Assembly: GCA_965198005.1 (NCBI GenBank)
Contig: CBDAOI010000002.1
Span: 256,001-320,000 of the forward strand
Length of the DNA stretch: 64,000 nucleotides
DNA from: Spirochaetia bacterium
Lineage (GTDB): Bacteria; Spirochaetota; Spirochaetia; SZUA-6; Bin103
Direction of reading: 5' to 3'
Shown: positions 34,349 to 52,678 of the stretch, in pieces
Layout of the letters: each line of letters opens with the position of its first letter
How positions within the stretch are numbered: the stretch's first letter is position 1
The notes under the pieces: model-generated
Told to the model about the DNA's origin: nothing
Databases searched by the model: none
What the model saw: only the letters and a program-made list of their open reading frames with translations
Program-made: the position numbers and the translations under genes

Positions 34349-34929
34349 CGCGTCACCGCGGCGGGTACGCGGCCGTCCGGAGCCGTGAGAAAGTACACCA
34401 GCGCACCGCCGTAGCGACGGCGGTCGACGCCAGCCAAGCCGGTGGAATCCAGTGCCAGTGGTGCGGGTGTTGGAACGTGGATCACGACCATTCCGCCGGG
34501 GCTCACGAGCCGGCCGCGTGCCAGGGTCGCGAGCAGCGGCTCGCGCCGGCGGTAGGCGTAGGGCGGATCGACGAACACCACGTCCCAACTGGTCCCGGCG
34601 TGCCCCTGCGCGCGTGCCAGAAACCGCTCGCACGATACGGTATGGATGCGTACCGGGACGGTCACGAAGCTGGTGTTGCGCCGCAGGCAGGCACGCATGC
34701 GCGGGTCACGTTCCACCAGGGTAAGTTGCGCCGCGCCGCGCGAGGCCGCCTCCACCGCGACGATCCCGGAGCCGCTGAACAGGTCGAGGAAGCGGCCGCC
34801 GCGCAGCCCGACGGCGCGCGCCGCCAGCACGCCGAACACCGACTCGCGCATGCGGTCGGTGGTCGGCCGCACCGGTCCCGGGGGCACCTCCAGCCGGCGC
34901 CCGCGGTAACTGCCGCCGGTAATGCGCAT
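34345..34929 (-). CDS. rsmD: 16S rRNA m2G966 methyltransferase
   Basis: MRITGGSYRGRRL, RPTTDRMRESVF, FLDLFSGSG, DPPY, RRYG. Confidence 0.93.
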   Translation of the reverse strand: MRITGGSYRGRRLEVPPGPVRPTTDRMRESVFGVLAARAVGLRGGRFLDLFSGSGIVAVEAASRGAAQLTLVERDPRMRACLRRNTSFVTVPVRIHTVSCERFLARAQGHAGTSWDVVFVDPPYAYRRREPLLATLARGRLVSPGGMVVIHVPTPAPLALDSTGLAGVDRRRYGGALVYFLTAPDGRVPAAVTR

Positions 34930-34933
34930 CCCG

Positions 34934-36997
34934 CTACGCCCCAGGACCGCCGCCGGTCGGAGCGGCCCCGAACGGCCACGCAGCCGGTGGCCCATCCCGT
35001 CCGTTCACCCGCCCGCCGGCGAGCGCGGCGGCGTCGCGCCGAGCTTGGCGCGCCAGCCCGAGGTCCCGCCGCAGATCCGCGACCCGCAGCTCCGGCAGGC
35101 CCGCTTGGCGCAGCCCGAGCAGCTCGCCGGGACCGCGCTGCGCCAGATCGCGCTCGGCGATTTCGAACCCGTCGCCGCTCTCCTTCATCGCCCGCAGGCG
35201 CGCGACGCCGGCCCGGCCGAGATCCGGCGCGTATGCCAGGAACGCGTACGCCTGGCGCGGGCCGCGGCCCACGCGCCCGCGGAGCTGGTGCAGGGTCGCC
35301 AACCCGAACCGTTCGGCGCCGAGCACGACCATGCAGGTTGCGGCGGCCACGTCCACGCCCACCTCGACCACCGTGGTGGCCACCAGGATCCGCAGCCGGC
35401 CGGCGTGAAATGCCTTCATCGTCGCGTGCTTGTCCTCGTCGTCCATGCCGCCATGGATCAGCCCCACCTTGAACTGTGGATATACGGCACTGCTCAGGGT
35501 GGCATGCAGTGTTGCGGCGGCCGGCGCGGGCATGGCGGCCCCGTTCGGCTCGGGCGCATCCGCCGCCGGCGCCGCAATTCGAGGCACAACGAAGTACGCT
35601 TGGCCACCCGCGGCCAGCTCCTCACCTACCCGCGCGTACACCTTCTCCATGCGGTCGAGGCGGGCGAGATGGGTACGCACCGGCACCCGCCCCGGCGGCA
35701 ACTCACGGATCGCCGAGACCTCCAGGTCGCCGTACACCGTCAGCGCCAACGAACGGGGAATCGGCGTCGCCGTCATCAGCAGCAGATCCGCCGCCGGGTT
35801 CCGCTGCAACAGGTGCCGGCGCTGGGCCACCCCGAAGCGGTGCTGCTCGTCGACGACCACCAGGCCCAGGCGGCGAAACTGCACGTCGGCCTGGAGCAGC
35901 GCGTGCGTACCGAGCAGCAGGTCGATCTCGCCCCCGCGCAACGCGTCCAGCAGTTCGCGCCGGGCGGCCGGCCGAGCGCCGCCGGTCAGCAGCTCCACGC
36001 GGATCCCGCATGGCGCCAGCACGCGCCGGGCAGTCTGCACGTGCTGCCGCGCGAGCAGCTCGGTGGGGACCACCAGCGCCGCCTGTTCCCCTGCCTCGAC
36101 CACCGCCGCCGCACTGAGCAGCGCCACCAGGGTCTTGCCGCTGCCGACGTCGCCCTGCAGCAGACGCACGTCCGGAGTGGCGGCGCGCAACCCCTGCTCG
36201 ATCGCGCGCACCGCCGCACGCTGGCCGTCGGTCAGGACGAACGGCAGGCTGCGGACCACACGCGCGCCCAGCGCTCCGCTGAAGCGCCGCGCCGGCCGGC
36301 ATCCCGGCTGCCGCCGCCGCAGCTCGACCTGCAGGCGCAACAGCTCGGCGTACGCGAGCGACCGCCGCGCCGTTTGCAACCGCTCGAAGTCCGGCGGGAA
36401 GTGGATCGCGGCGACCGCCGCGGCTACCGGCAGCAGGCCACGGCGCACGCAGCAGCCATCCCACGGCGTGTCCCTTCCGGCCAAGCGCGCGCACGCGGCC
36501 AGCATCGTCCGGCGCAGCAGGGCGGGCCGCAACCCCTCCGTGAGGGGATAGACCGGCACCACCCGTCCGAAGCTCGCGCTGTCGGCGGCATGGTGCACCT
36601 CGAAGGTGGAGGCTTCCAACATCGCCCCGCGGCGTTCGAAGGTCGCCGCCACGGTCACCGAGGTGCCGACCGGGAGCGACCGCGCCAGGTAACTGCGCCC
36701 GAAACAGAGCAGAGCGGTCCGGGCCGTCCGGTCGGCCAGCTCCACCCGCAGGAACCGCCCGCGCGGGCCGAACCGGCGGTGGGCGGTGACCGCCGCGCTC
36801 ACCACCACCGGCCGGCCCGGCTCGACCGCCGGCAGCGGGGTCACCCGGCGGCGATCCTCATGGCTCCGCGGATAATGTTCGAGCAGCTCGCCCACGGTCC
36901 GCAGCCCGAGCCGCGCCAGGCGCCGGGCCGCCGCCGGTCCCACGCCCGGCAACTCCGTGACACAGGCGTCGACGCCCGCCAGCAGGACTGCCGTCAA
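34934..36997 (-). CDS. recG: ATP-dependent DNA helicase RecG
   Basis: LLQGDVGSGKT, DEQHRFG, MTATPIPR, LHQLRGRVGRG, DGFEIAERDL. Confidence 0.96.
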   Translation of the reverse strand: MTAVLLAGVDACVTELPGVGPAAARRLARLGLRTVGELLEHYPRSHEDRRRVTPLPAVEPGRPVVVSAAVTAHRRFGPRGRFLRVELADRTARTALLCFGRSYLARSLPVGTSVTVAATFERRGAMLEASTFEVHHAADSASFGRVVPVYPLTEGLRPALLRRTMLAACARLAGRDTPWDGCCVRRGLLPVAAAVAAIHFPPDFERLQTARRSLAYAELLRLQVELRRRQPGCRPARRFSGALGARVVRSLPFVLTDGQRAAVRAIEQGLRAATPDVRLLQGDVGSGKTLVALLSAAAVVEAGEQAALVVPTELLARQHVQTARRVLAPCGIRVELLTGGARPAARRELLDALRGGEIDLLLGTHALLQADVQFRRLGLVVVDEQHRFGVAQRRHLLQRNPAADLLLMTATPIPRSLALTVYGDLEVSAIRELPPGRVPVRTHLARLDRMEKVYARVGEELAAGGQAYFVVPRIAAPAADAPEPNGAAMPAPAAATLHATLSSAVYPQFKVGLIHGGMDDEDKHATMKAFHAGRLRILVATTVVEVGVDVAAATCMVVLGAERFGLATLHQLRGRVGRGPRQAYAFLAYAPDLGRAGVARLRAMKESGDGFEIAERDLAQRGPGELLGLRQAGLPELRVADLRRDLGLARQARRDAAALAGGRVNGRDGPPAAWPFGAAPTGGGPGA

Positions 36998-37039
36998 CTG
37001 CGCCGCACGCCGGTGCCCCGGTGTACCCCTCGAGCCCGG

Positions 37040-37669
37040 TCAGCCGGCGCCCGGTCCCTGGCTCATGGATCCCTGGCCCATGGACAGGAAGTAACCCACC
37101 AGAAACCCGGCGAGCACGCGGCCGGCAATCCACAACCCGAACAGCACCACGATAGCCACCAGCAGATAGTTGAGCTCGCTGCCGTGCTCCCGCAGGTTGA
37201 TGAACCGCGCCACGCCACGCACCGGAGCGGCCGACAGCGCTTCGGTGATCCGGCTCACCGGGCTGTCGACCCGACCGAGAAACCGCAACGACACGAAGCG
37301 CGCCACGCACGCCACCAGCAGCACCAGCAGCACGATCGAGACCATGCGCCACGCCGCGTACACCGTCACGCCCAGGAAGTACTCCGGCGTCACCTGCTGC
37401 TGAGTGGCCAGTCGGCGGGTCATCTCCGCGGCGATTACCAGCACGAAGATTCCCGCCATGGGGGTGAAGTCCAGGCCGCTGCTGCGCAGAAAGCCGAAGC
37501 GCGCGAACAGCTGCAGGTAAGGATCGGTCGCCTGGTGCAGATACCGGGTAAGCGTGTTCACCCAGGGACCGAGATTGGCGCCCCGCAACCACGACGACAT
37601 GATACGCAACACGATCAACACCATGTAGATGATCAGAGCCGCGTTTATGACACGAAAGAAGTCCTGCAT
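37040..37669 (-). CDS. YggT family membrane protein
   Basis: LRIMSSW...ATDPYL...LDFTPM, with a second degenerate copy. Confidence 0.85.
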   Translation of the reverse strand: MQDFFRVINAALIIYMVLIVLRIMSSWLRGANLGPWVNTLTRYLHQATDPYLQLFARFGFLRSSGLDFTPMAGIFVLVIAAEMTRRLATQQQVTPEYFLGVTVYAAWRMVSIVLLVLLVACVARFVSLRFLGRVDSPVSRITEALSAAPVRGVARFINLREHGSELNYLLVAIVVLFGLWIAGRVLAGFLVGYFLSMGQGSMSQGPGAG

Positions 37670-37711
37670 GTTGTGAGCGCTCTCCTGCCTATCCGTTGTT
37701 TGCCGGCGCGA

Positions 37712-39039
37712 CTACCTGTCCGCACCGGACGCGCCGTCGAGTATGCGATAGAAACGTGATTCGGGAAAGATGCCGGGCGCGGCAGTGATTGCCGCCAGCG
37801 CGGCGCGCGCCCGCCCTTCGTCGACCGGATCCACCAGCACGTAGAGATCTGACGACTGCCGCGGGTCTTCCCACTTCTGATGCACCGATTCGATATTGAT
37901 CTCGTGTTTGGCCAGCAGCCCCGTCACCTGCGCCCAGATCCCGGGGCGATTCTCCGTAACGAAGTGAAAATAGTAGCGGAAGATGAGCCGCTCGGCCGGG
38001 AACAGTGGTTGCGGCGCGGCCGGCAGGCCGTGGGTTCCGGCGTGGCCCCCGCCGATCAGGTCGCCAAGATCAGCGGCCACCGAGGAGGCGGTGGCCTCGC
38101 CGCCTGCCCCGCGCCCGACCAGCACCGACGGTCCCTGGAAGTCGGCATCGATCATCACCGCGTTGAATTCGTCGCCGACGCCGGCCAGCGGGTGGCCCCG
38201 GCGGATCAACGCCGGGAACACCGCCACCGATACCTGGCCGTCGATCATCCGGCCGCTGGCGACCAGCTTGAACACGAAACCCGCCAGCCGCGCAAACTCC
38301 ACGTCCTTGGGTGAAACGCTCTCGATCCCCTCGCACAGGGCGTCCTGATGGCGGCACCAGCGGCCGAACGCGAGACTGCTGAGAATCGCCATCTTCTGTA
38401 CCGCATCGGTCCCGTCCACGTCCAGGGTGGGATCGGCCTCGGCGAACCCGCGGCGCTGGGCCTCGGCCAGCGCCGCGGCGAACGAGGTGCCGGTCTCGGT
38501 CATGCGGGTCAGGATGAAGTTGGTGGTGCCATTGACGATCCCGGTGAGCGAACGGATGCGGTTGGCACTCAGGCTCTCGCGAATCACCTTGATCACCGGG
38601 ATGCCGCCGCACACCGATGCCTCGAACCGGAGTTGCACCCGGTGACGGTGGGCGAGCGCCAGCAACTCGTCGCCGCAGGTCGCGATCAACGCCTTGTTGC
38701 CGGTTATCACGTGCTTGCCCGCCCGGATGGCGGCGGTGACAAGCTCGCGCGGCTGCTCTACGCCGCCCATCAACTCCACGACCACGTCCACCGCGGGATC
38801 CGCCACCACCTCACGGAAGCCGCCAACCACCAGTTCGGCAGCCACCGGCCGCGGTCTGGCGGGGTCCGCGACTCCGACACGGGCCAGCTCGACCCGCGCA
38901 CCGAACCGCCGGCCGAATGCCTCGCCATTCGCTGCCAGCAGGCGCGCAAATGCACTGCCCACGGTGCCCAGACCCACCAGACCGATCCCCACCCGCCGGC
39001 CGCCCCCGGCCTCGAATCCGCCACCGGTCATCGTGCTGC

Positions 39040-39043
<4 letters not shown>
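37712..39043 (-). CDS. hom: Homoserine dehydrogenase with ACT domain
   Basis: GLGTVG, FEASVCGGIP, NGTTNFIL, GFAEADPTLDVDG, GRGAG; C-terminal NRPG ACT domain. Confidence 0.95.
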
Positions 39044-46950
<7,907 letters not shown>

Positions 46951-46957
46951 CGCCGCG

Positions 46958-48376
46958 ATGACAACGATTGTCACGCCGATCCTGGCGATCGACATCGGGA
47001 CTTCGGTGGTCAAGTGCGGGCTGGTGCGGCCGGACGGCACGGCCGCGGTGGCGGCGCGGCCGATCGCGCCTGCGGTCAGCGCCGGTGGGCGGCACGAGGT
47101 GGAGCCGGCGGCGTGGCTGCGGGCGGTCGCCGCCTGCGTGCGCGAGCTGGGCTCGCCGCGGGCGCTGGCCGCAGTGGTGGTCACGGGCAACGGTCCCACG
47201 GTGGTGCCCACCGCGGCGGACGGCGCAGCCGTGGGCAACGCCATCACCTGGCTCGACCAGCGCAGCGCCGCCGAAAGCCGGCTGATCGCCGAGCATACCG
47301 GCAGTGCCCGGGAGGCCGGGTTCTTTCTGGCGAAGATCTACTGGCTCCACCGGCATGCGCCGGCGCTCTGCCGGCGCACCCACGGGTTTCTCTGCGCTCC
47401 CGAGTTCGTCGAGCTGCGCCTTACCGGACACTGGCATACCAACCTGCCGGCGCCCGCGTTCCAGCGGTACTACTGGGAACCGGACACGGTCGAGCGGCTG
47501 GGGATGGACGCCGCCAGGTTTCCCGCGTTCGTCGCCACCGGGACCCCGGTCGGCGCCACCACGCCGCGGGCGGCGGCCGAGCTGGAGGTTCCGGCCGGGA
47601 TTCCGGTATTCGCCGGCGCGCCCGATTTCGTCATGGCGATGCTGGGCAGCGGGGCGGTGGCGGAGGGAGACACCTGCAACCGTTCGGGAACCTCCGACGG
47701 GATCAATCACTGTTCCCGCACCCCGGTCGACGATCAGCGCCTGATCTGCCTGCCGCACGTCGTCGATCGCCTGTTTACCGTGTCCGGCGTGATCTCCACC
47801 ACCGGCAAGGCGCTGGAGTGGTTCGCCCGGCTGGTGAACGGCGACCGGACGCTGTTCGAACGCGCGGCGCAGGTGGCGCCCGGCGCCGGCGGGGTACTGT
47901 TCCTGCCTTACCTGGCAGGTGAGCGCACGCCGCTCTGGCGCGGTGACCTGCGCGCGGTGTTCAACGGGCTGGGGCTGGAACATGGGGCGGTCGAGCTGGC
48001 CCGGGCGGTGCTGGAGTCGGTGGGCTACGCGTTGCGCGACAGCGTGGCGCTGATCGAGGCCAACGGCGGCCGGGTGGACGCGATCCGGCTGGCCGGTGCG
48101 CGCGCCCGGGCGCCGTGGCTGAACCGGATCAAGGCCGACGTCCTCGGCCGGCGGCTGCTGGTGCCGGCGGTGCCGGACGCGGAACTGACCGGTTGCGCGT
48201 GCGTCGGCCTGCACGCGCTGGGGGTGGAGCCCGGTCTGGCCGCCGCGGCCCGACGGCTGGTCCGGGTGGTGGACGTGGTCGAGCCGCAACCCGCGCACCG
48301 CGCCCGGTACGACGAGGGGTACGCCCGGTTCAAGCGCGCCCAGGCGAACCTGGTCGCCACCGACTCGGCGCCATGA
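46958..48376 (+). CDS. FGGY-family carbohydrate kinase (xylulokinase-like)
   Basis: LAIDIGTSVVK, AITWLDQRS, FLPYLAGERTP, RAVLESVGY. Confidence 0.9.
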   Translation: MTTIVTPILAIDIGTSVVKCGLVRPDGTAAVAARPIAPAVSAGGRHEVEPAAWLRAVAACVRELGSPRALAAVVVTGNGPTVVPTAADGAAVGNAITWLDQRSAAESRLIAEHTGSAREAGFFLAKIYWLHRHAPALCRRTHGFLCAPEFVELRLTGHWHTNLPAPAFQRYYWEPDTVERLGMDAARFPAFVATGTPVGATTPRAAAELEVPAGIPVFAGAPDFVMAMLGSGAVAEGDTCNRSGTSDGINHCSRTPVDDQRLICLPHVVDRLFTVSGVISTTGKALEWFARLVNGDRTLFERAAQVAPGAGGVLFLPYLAGERTPLWRGDLRAVFNGLGLEHGAVELARAVLESVGYALRDSVALIEANGGRVDAIRLAGARARAPWLNRIKADVLGRRLLVPAVPDAELTGCACVGLHALGVEPGLAAAARRLVRVVDVVEPQPAHRARYDEGYARFKRAQANLVATDSAP

Positions 48377-48416
48377 GTCGGGCGGACAACGACCGAATTC
48401 CTAGCGTTCGGAGGCG

Positions 48417-49004
48417 CTATGAGCGCGCGAACATCTCGCCCAGCTCCTGCCGCACCTGCTGCAGGACGTTGCCGTAGCGGTCCTCCAGCAACGCCATCTG
48501 CCGCCGCAGGAGCTGGACATACTCCGGGTCGGAAGTGGGATCCAGGCGCACGCGGGTCCCGGTACGCCGCGCCAGCTCCTCTTCCTTCTGCTGCAGGCGC
48601 GGGGCGTACTGGCGGTCGACGTTCTCCTTGAGCTGCGACCGCTCCTGCAGATACTCGGTGAAGAACTGCTCGAGTTGCTGGGCCATGATCCGGAGGCGGC
48701 GCTGGTCGCGGATCACCTGCGCCAGGCCGTCCGTCGCGCGCCGGTTGCGCTTGAGCGAAAACTCGTCGGACGGCAGCGCCAGGTTCGACGCGAGTGCCTC
48801 GAACACGCCGGTACGCACCCAGGCGCGCCGCTTGCCCTCGTATTGCTTGAGCTTCTGCGCGAGCGACAGGTCCGGATCGGCGAGAAACCGGGACGCCAGT
48901 TTCTTCCCGGTCGTGGTGTAGCTGCTGGCCTCCAGGTGCTCCCGATCAGCCGGCACGTCCTTGGTGCGCTCGAGTGCAATCTCGAGCGACGACTTGATAC
49001 TCAT
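48417..49004 (-). CDS. Conserved hypothetical protein (DUF6657-like)
   Basis: MSIKSSLEIALERT N-terminus; helical, charged protein. Confidence 0.7.
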   Translation of the reverse strand: MSIKSSLEIALERTKDVPADREHLEASSYTTTGKKLASRFLADPDLSLAQKLKQYEGKRRAWVRTGVFEALASNLALPSDEFSLKRNRRATDGLAQVIRDQRRLRIMAQQLEQFFTEYLQERSQLKENVDRQYAPRLQQKEEELARRTGTRVRLDPTSDPEYVQLLRRQMALLEDRYGNVLQQVRQELGEMFARS

Positions 49005-49015
49005 CTTCCTGCTGC

Positions 49016-49564
49016 CTACTCCGCCTCGATCGCTACTACGCGGTCGACCGCAACGTCATGTGTCGAACACGGCACGGCGCCGACCAGTTGCTCCGGCATG
49101 CACACCCCTACCAACAGCGCCGCCGGACTGTACCTGCGAACCTCGTGGAGAGCCCGGTCGTAGTGACCGCCGCCCCAGCCGAGACGCCGGCCGGCGCGAT
49201 CGAAGGCCGCTCCCGGCACCAGCACCAGGGTCGCCGCCGGCAGCCGCTCCAGCGCTACCGGCGCCGCCGTAGCCGGCGGCTCCGGGATTCCGCGGAAACC
49301 GGAAACCAACTCCACCACCGCCTCGGCCCGATCCACGCGGTGAAACACCAGCCGCCTGCCCGCGACCCGGGGCAGCGCCAGCGCCATCCCCGCGGCGGCG
49401 GCCGCGGCCAGCGCCGGGGCCGTGGCCGGCTCCCGGCCGGTTGCCGCAAACCCCAGCAGCCAGCGCGTCCCGCGCCACTGGGGGAGCGCCGCCAGCTTCG
49501 CGGCCAACGCCACGCCGGCGGCCGCGAAGCGCGCGCGCGGCAACGCGCGCAGGCGCGCGCGCAT
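49016..49564 (-). CDS. 5-formyltetrahydrofolate cyclo-ligase (start uncertain)
   Basis: ALPRV, GIPEP, LVPGAAFDRAGRRLGWGGGHYDR, HDVAVD. Confidence 0.88.
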   Translation of the reverse strand: MRARLRALPRARFAAAGVALAAKLAALPQWRGTRWLLGFAATGREPATAPALAAAAAAGMALALPRVAGRRLVFHRVDRAEAVVELVSGFRGIPEPPATAAPVALERLPAATLVLVPGAAFDRAGRRLGWGGGHYDRALHEVRRYSPAALLVGVCMPEQLVGAVPCSTHDVAVDRVVAIEAE

Positions 49565-49596
49565 CCGTGCGCGCAACGCCCGCTTGGAATCATCAG

Positions 49597-49669
49597 TCGG
49601 GCTGGGCGGACTTGAACCGCCGACCCCACGCCCCCCAGACGTGTACGCTACCAACTGCGCCACAGCCCG
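49597..49669 (-). tRNA. tRNA-Pro (GGG)
   Basis: CGGGCTGTGGCGCAGTTGGTAGCGTACACGTCTGGGGGGCGTGGGGTCGGCGGTTCAAGTCCGCCCAGCCCGA. Confidence 0.96.
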
Positions 49670-49678
49670 CTGGCGGCA

Positions 49679-49707
49679 ACTGTACTCCGGCCGCCGTGCA
49701 AGGTCAA
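49679..49707 (-). promoter_or_regulatory. Sigma70-type promoter of tRNA-Pro
   Basis: TTGACC-N17-TACAGT, 10 nt upstream of the tRNA. Confidence 0.7.
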
Positions 49708-50186
49708 GCCGGTGACTCCCGGTCCGCCGGCAAGAACTCGCGGAACTCATACTGAACGCGGCCATCCTCGGTGACCGTCACCCCGGCATGGCCGTGGCGC
49801 GCCATCTCATCCAGCGTACGCTCCGATTCCGCGATCGACAGGGGGGTATCGAGCGCGACCATCGACGCGGTCACCCGGCCGCGGTACTCGCGTGCGACCC
49901 GCAACACCTCCTTCTGCGGATCCGGCCGCGCCGGCCGCGCTACCCCGGACCGACGCCGCCGCCACAGCTCGAACCCCGCCTGCAGCGCCGGCATCACGCC
50001 GGCGAAGGCCAGCGGGAAGATCCAGTACCAGCCGCCGTGGAACAGGAGCAGGGCACCGAACACGCCGGCAAAGGTGAGTCCGCTGGTCAACTGCGCCTCC
50101 AGCTTCCTCTGCCGCTTGCGGCTGCTCGAACCCTGCTGCACTCCCCGTCCGGTCGCTCCGGCCATGTCGCCTGCAATAATACCCAT
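49704..50186 (-). CDS. Two-TM protein with C-terminal winged-helix-like domain
   Basis: Two TM segments, then VLRVAREYRGRVT...SIAESERTLDEM...GRVQYEFREFL. Confidence 0.75.
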   Translation of the reverse strand: MGIIAGDMAGATGRGVQQGSSSRKRQRKLEAQLTSGLTFAGVFGALLLFHGGWYWIFPLAFAGVMPALQAGFELWRRRRSGVARPARPDPQKEVLRVAREYRGRVTASMVALDTPLSIAESERTLDEMARHGHAGVTVTEDGRVQYEFREFLPADRESPA

Positions 50187-50241
50187 CCGGCGCGGTCCGG
50201 GCTATCGGCCGCTGGTCCGTTCTTGGCCGTTGCTACCGAAG

Positions 50242-51450
50242 CTACCCCTCCGCCTGACTCAGTGCGCGCACCTGTTCCGGCAGCCCGTACAGGTTGATGA
50301 AACCGGTGGCGTCGGCGTGGTCGTAGCTGCCGGCCGCGAACGAGGCCAGGTCGCGGCGATACAGGCCATGCGGCGACTCCCGGCCGGTGACCGTAAGATT
50401 GCCCTTGTACAGCGCCAGGCCGACCGCGCCGGTCACCACCCGGCACAGGCGCTCGCAGAACGCCTCCAGGGCAAGCCGCAACGGCGTGAACCACTTGCCG
50501 TTGTACACCAGCTCGGCGTAGCGCAGCGCCAGCTCCTGCTTGGCGTGCAGCGCGTCGGCGTCCAGGGTCAGCGCTTCCAGCTCGCGCAGGGCGGTCCACA
50601 GGATGGTGCCGCCGGGAGTCTCGTACACGCCGCGGCTCTTCATCCCCACCAGGCGCGACTCCACCAGGTCGGCGCGGCCGACGGCGTTGGCCCCGCCGAT
50701 GCGGTTCAGCTCCGCCACCAGCGCCACCGGCTCGAGCCGCCGGCCGTCCACGGCCACCGGCACGCCGGCCTCGAACGCAATGGTCAGCTCGGTCTCCCGG
50801 TCGGGGGCCTCCTGCGGCGCCACCGACCGCTGAAACAGGGACGGCGGCGGGCGGTTGACCGGGTCCTCGAGGTCGCCACCCTCGTGGCTGGTGTGCCACA
50901 GGTTGGCATCCCGCGAGTAGATGTTGCGGCGCGAGATGCCGGCCAGATCGATCCCGCGGCTGGCCGCATAGTCGATCGCCTGCTCGCGGGAACGGATCTG
51001 CCAGCGCCGCCACGGCGCGATCACGGTGAGCTGCGGGGCCAGCGCCCGATAGGTCATCTCGAACCGCACCTGATCGTTCCCCTTGCCGGTGCAGCCGTGG
51101 GCCAGCGCGTCGGCCCCCTCCGCCAGCGCCACCGCCACCTGGTGCCGGGCCTGCAGCGGACGGGCGATGGAGGTACCGAGCAGGTACTTGCCCTCGTACA
51201 CCGCCCCCGAACGCAGCAGCGGGAACAGGTACTCGGTCACGAACTCGTGCCGCAGATCCCGCAGGTGCAGCTTGCTGGCGCCGGCGGCGCGCGCCCGCGC
51301 CTCCAGACCGCGCAAGTCCTCTTCCTGCCCCAGATCCGCGCAATAGGCGACCACCTCGGCACCCGGGTAGTGCTCCTTCAGCCACGGGATGATGATCGAC
51401 GTATCCAGACCGCCGGAGTAGGCCAGCACGATCTTGCGCACCGCCGCCAT
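50242..51450 (-). CDS. argG: Argininosuccinate synthase
   Basis: LAYSGGLDTS, HGCTGKGNDQVRFE, GMKSRGVYETPGG. Confidence 0.97.
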   Translation of the reverse strand: MAAVRKIVLAYSGGLDTSIIIPWLKEHYPGAEVVAYCADLGQEEDLRGLEARARAAGASKLHLRDLRHEFVTEYLFPLLRSGAVYEGKYLLGTSIARPLQARHQVAVALAEGADALAHGCTGKGNDQVRFEMTYRALAPQLTVIAPWRRWQIRSREQAIDYAASRGIDLAGISRRNIYSRDANLWHTSHEGGDLEDPVNRPPPSLFQRSVAPQEAPDRETELTIAFEAGVPVAVDGRRLEPVALVAELNRIGGANAVGRADLVESRLVGMKSRGVYETPGGTILWTALRELEALTLDADALHAKQELALRYAELVYNGKWFTPLRLALEAFCERLCRVVTGAVGLALYKGNLTVTGRESPHGLYRRDLASFAAGSYDHADATGFINLYGLPEQVRALSQAEG

Positions 51451-51451
51451 G

Positions 51452-52678
51452 CTATCCTCCCGCGAGGTCGGACACCGCACGCGCGATGATCGCCAGCGCC
51501 CCGTCGATCTCGGCTTCGCTGACGATCAGCGGCGGCGCCAGCCGCAGCACGTCGTCCCCGGAGCGCAAGGCGAGCAGCCCCGCGTCACGCAGCGCCGGCA
51601 CCAGCTTGCCGATCGCGGGGGCGCCGTCCACCTCGCCGGTCACCGTGACCCCGGCCAGCAGACCGGCGCCCTTGACCCGCTCCAGCAGCGGACTGCCGCC
51701 GGCAAGCCGCTCCAGCCCGGCCCGCAGATAGCGTCCCCGGTCCGCCACGGTGGCGATGAACCCCGGGGCGGAGACGATGTCCCACACCAGGTTGCCGACC
51801 GCACAGGTCACCGGACCACCGCCGAAGGTCGTGCCGTGGTCGCCGACGTGCAGCTCGGCGTTGATCGCCGCCGGGATCAGGGTCGCCGCCAGCGGCAGAC
51901 CGCCGCCGAGCGGCTTGGCCAGCGTGATCAGATCCGGCTCCAGTCCCACCAGCTCGGACGCATACAACGCCCCGGTGCGGCTCAGCCCGGTCTGCACCTC
52001 GTCGGCGATCAGCATGATCCGGTGGCGGCGGCAGAGCTGGTTGAGGGTCTCGGCGAAGGCGCGGCTCATCAGGTCCAGCCCGCCTTCCCCCTGCACCACC
52101 TCGACGATCAGCGCACAGAAGCTGCCGTCGAGCGCGTCGCGGGCGGCGGCCGCATCGTCGTAGGGCAGCACGGTCACGCCGGGAATGAGCGGCGCGAACG
52201 GCTCCTGGTACTTTTCGGTGGGGGTGCAGCTCAGCGCCCCCATGGTGCGGCCGTGGAAGCCGCCGGTGAAGCAGGCGATGCGGTGCTTGCCGTCGGCGCC
52301 GCCGCGCTGAGCCAGCAGCCGCGCGTACTTGAGCGCGGTCTCGTTGGCCTCGGAGCCGCTGTTGGTGAACTGCACCTTGGCTATGTCCGCGCGCTGCGGG
52401 GCCGAGGCGATCAGCTTCCCGGCCAGCGCCAGGGCGGGTTCGGTGGCGTAGAGATTGGATACGTGGACCAGCCGGCGCATCTGCGCGGCGGCGGCGGCGG
52501 CCAGATCCTCGCGCCCGTAGCCGAGCGCATTCACGGCGATCCCGCCGGCGAAGTCGAGGTACCAGCGGCCGGCCACGTCCTGGACGCGGCAGCCCGTACC
52601 CTGGTCGAGCACCAGCAGCTCCGGGGTGAATACCCCGGGCATGGGATGATCGCGGACTACTGCACCGTTTCGTTGCAT
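51452..52678 (-). CDS. argD: Acetylornithine aminotransferase
   Basis: YLDFAGGIAVNALG, NSGSEANE, FHGRT, DEVQTG, AKPLGGG, HGTTFGG. Confidence 0.92.
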   Translation of the reverse strand: MQRNGAVVRDHPMPGVFTPELLVLDQGTGCRVQDVAGRWYLDFAGGIAVNALGYGREDLAAAAAAQMRRLVHVSNLYATEPALALAGKLIASAPQRADIAKVQFTNSGSEANETALKYARLLAQRGGADGKHRIACFTGGFHGRTMGALSCTPTEKYQEPFAPLIPGVTVLPYDDAAAARDALDGSFCALIVEVVQGEGGLDLMSRAFAETLNQLCRRHRIMLIADEVQTGLSRTGALYASELVGLEPDLITLAKPLGGGLPLAATLIPAAINAELHVGDHGTTFGGGPVTCAVGNLVWDIVSAPGFIATVADRGRYLRAGLERLAGGSPLLERVKGAGLLAGVTVTGEVDGAPAIGKLVPALRDAGLLALRSGDDVLRLAPPLIVSEAEIDGALAIIARAVSDLAGG

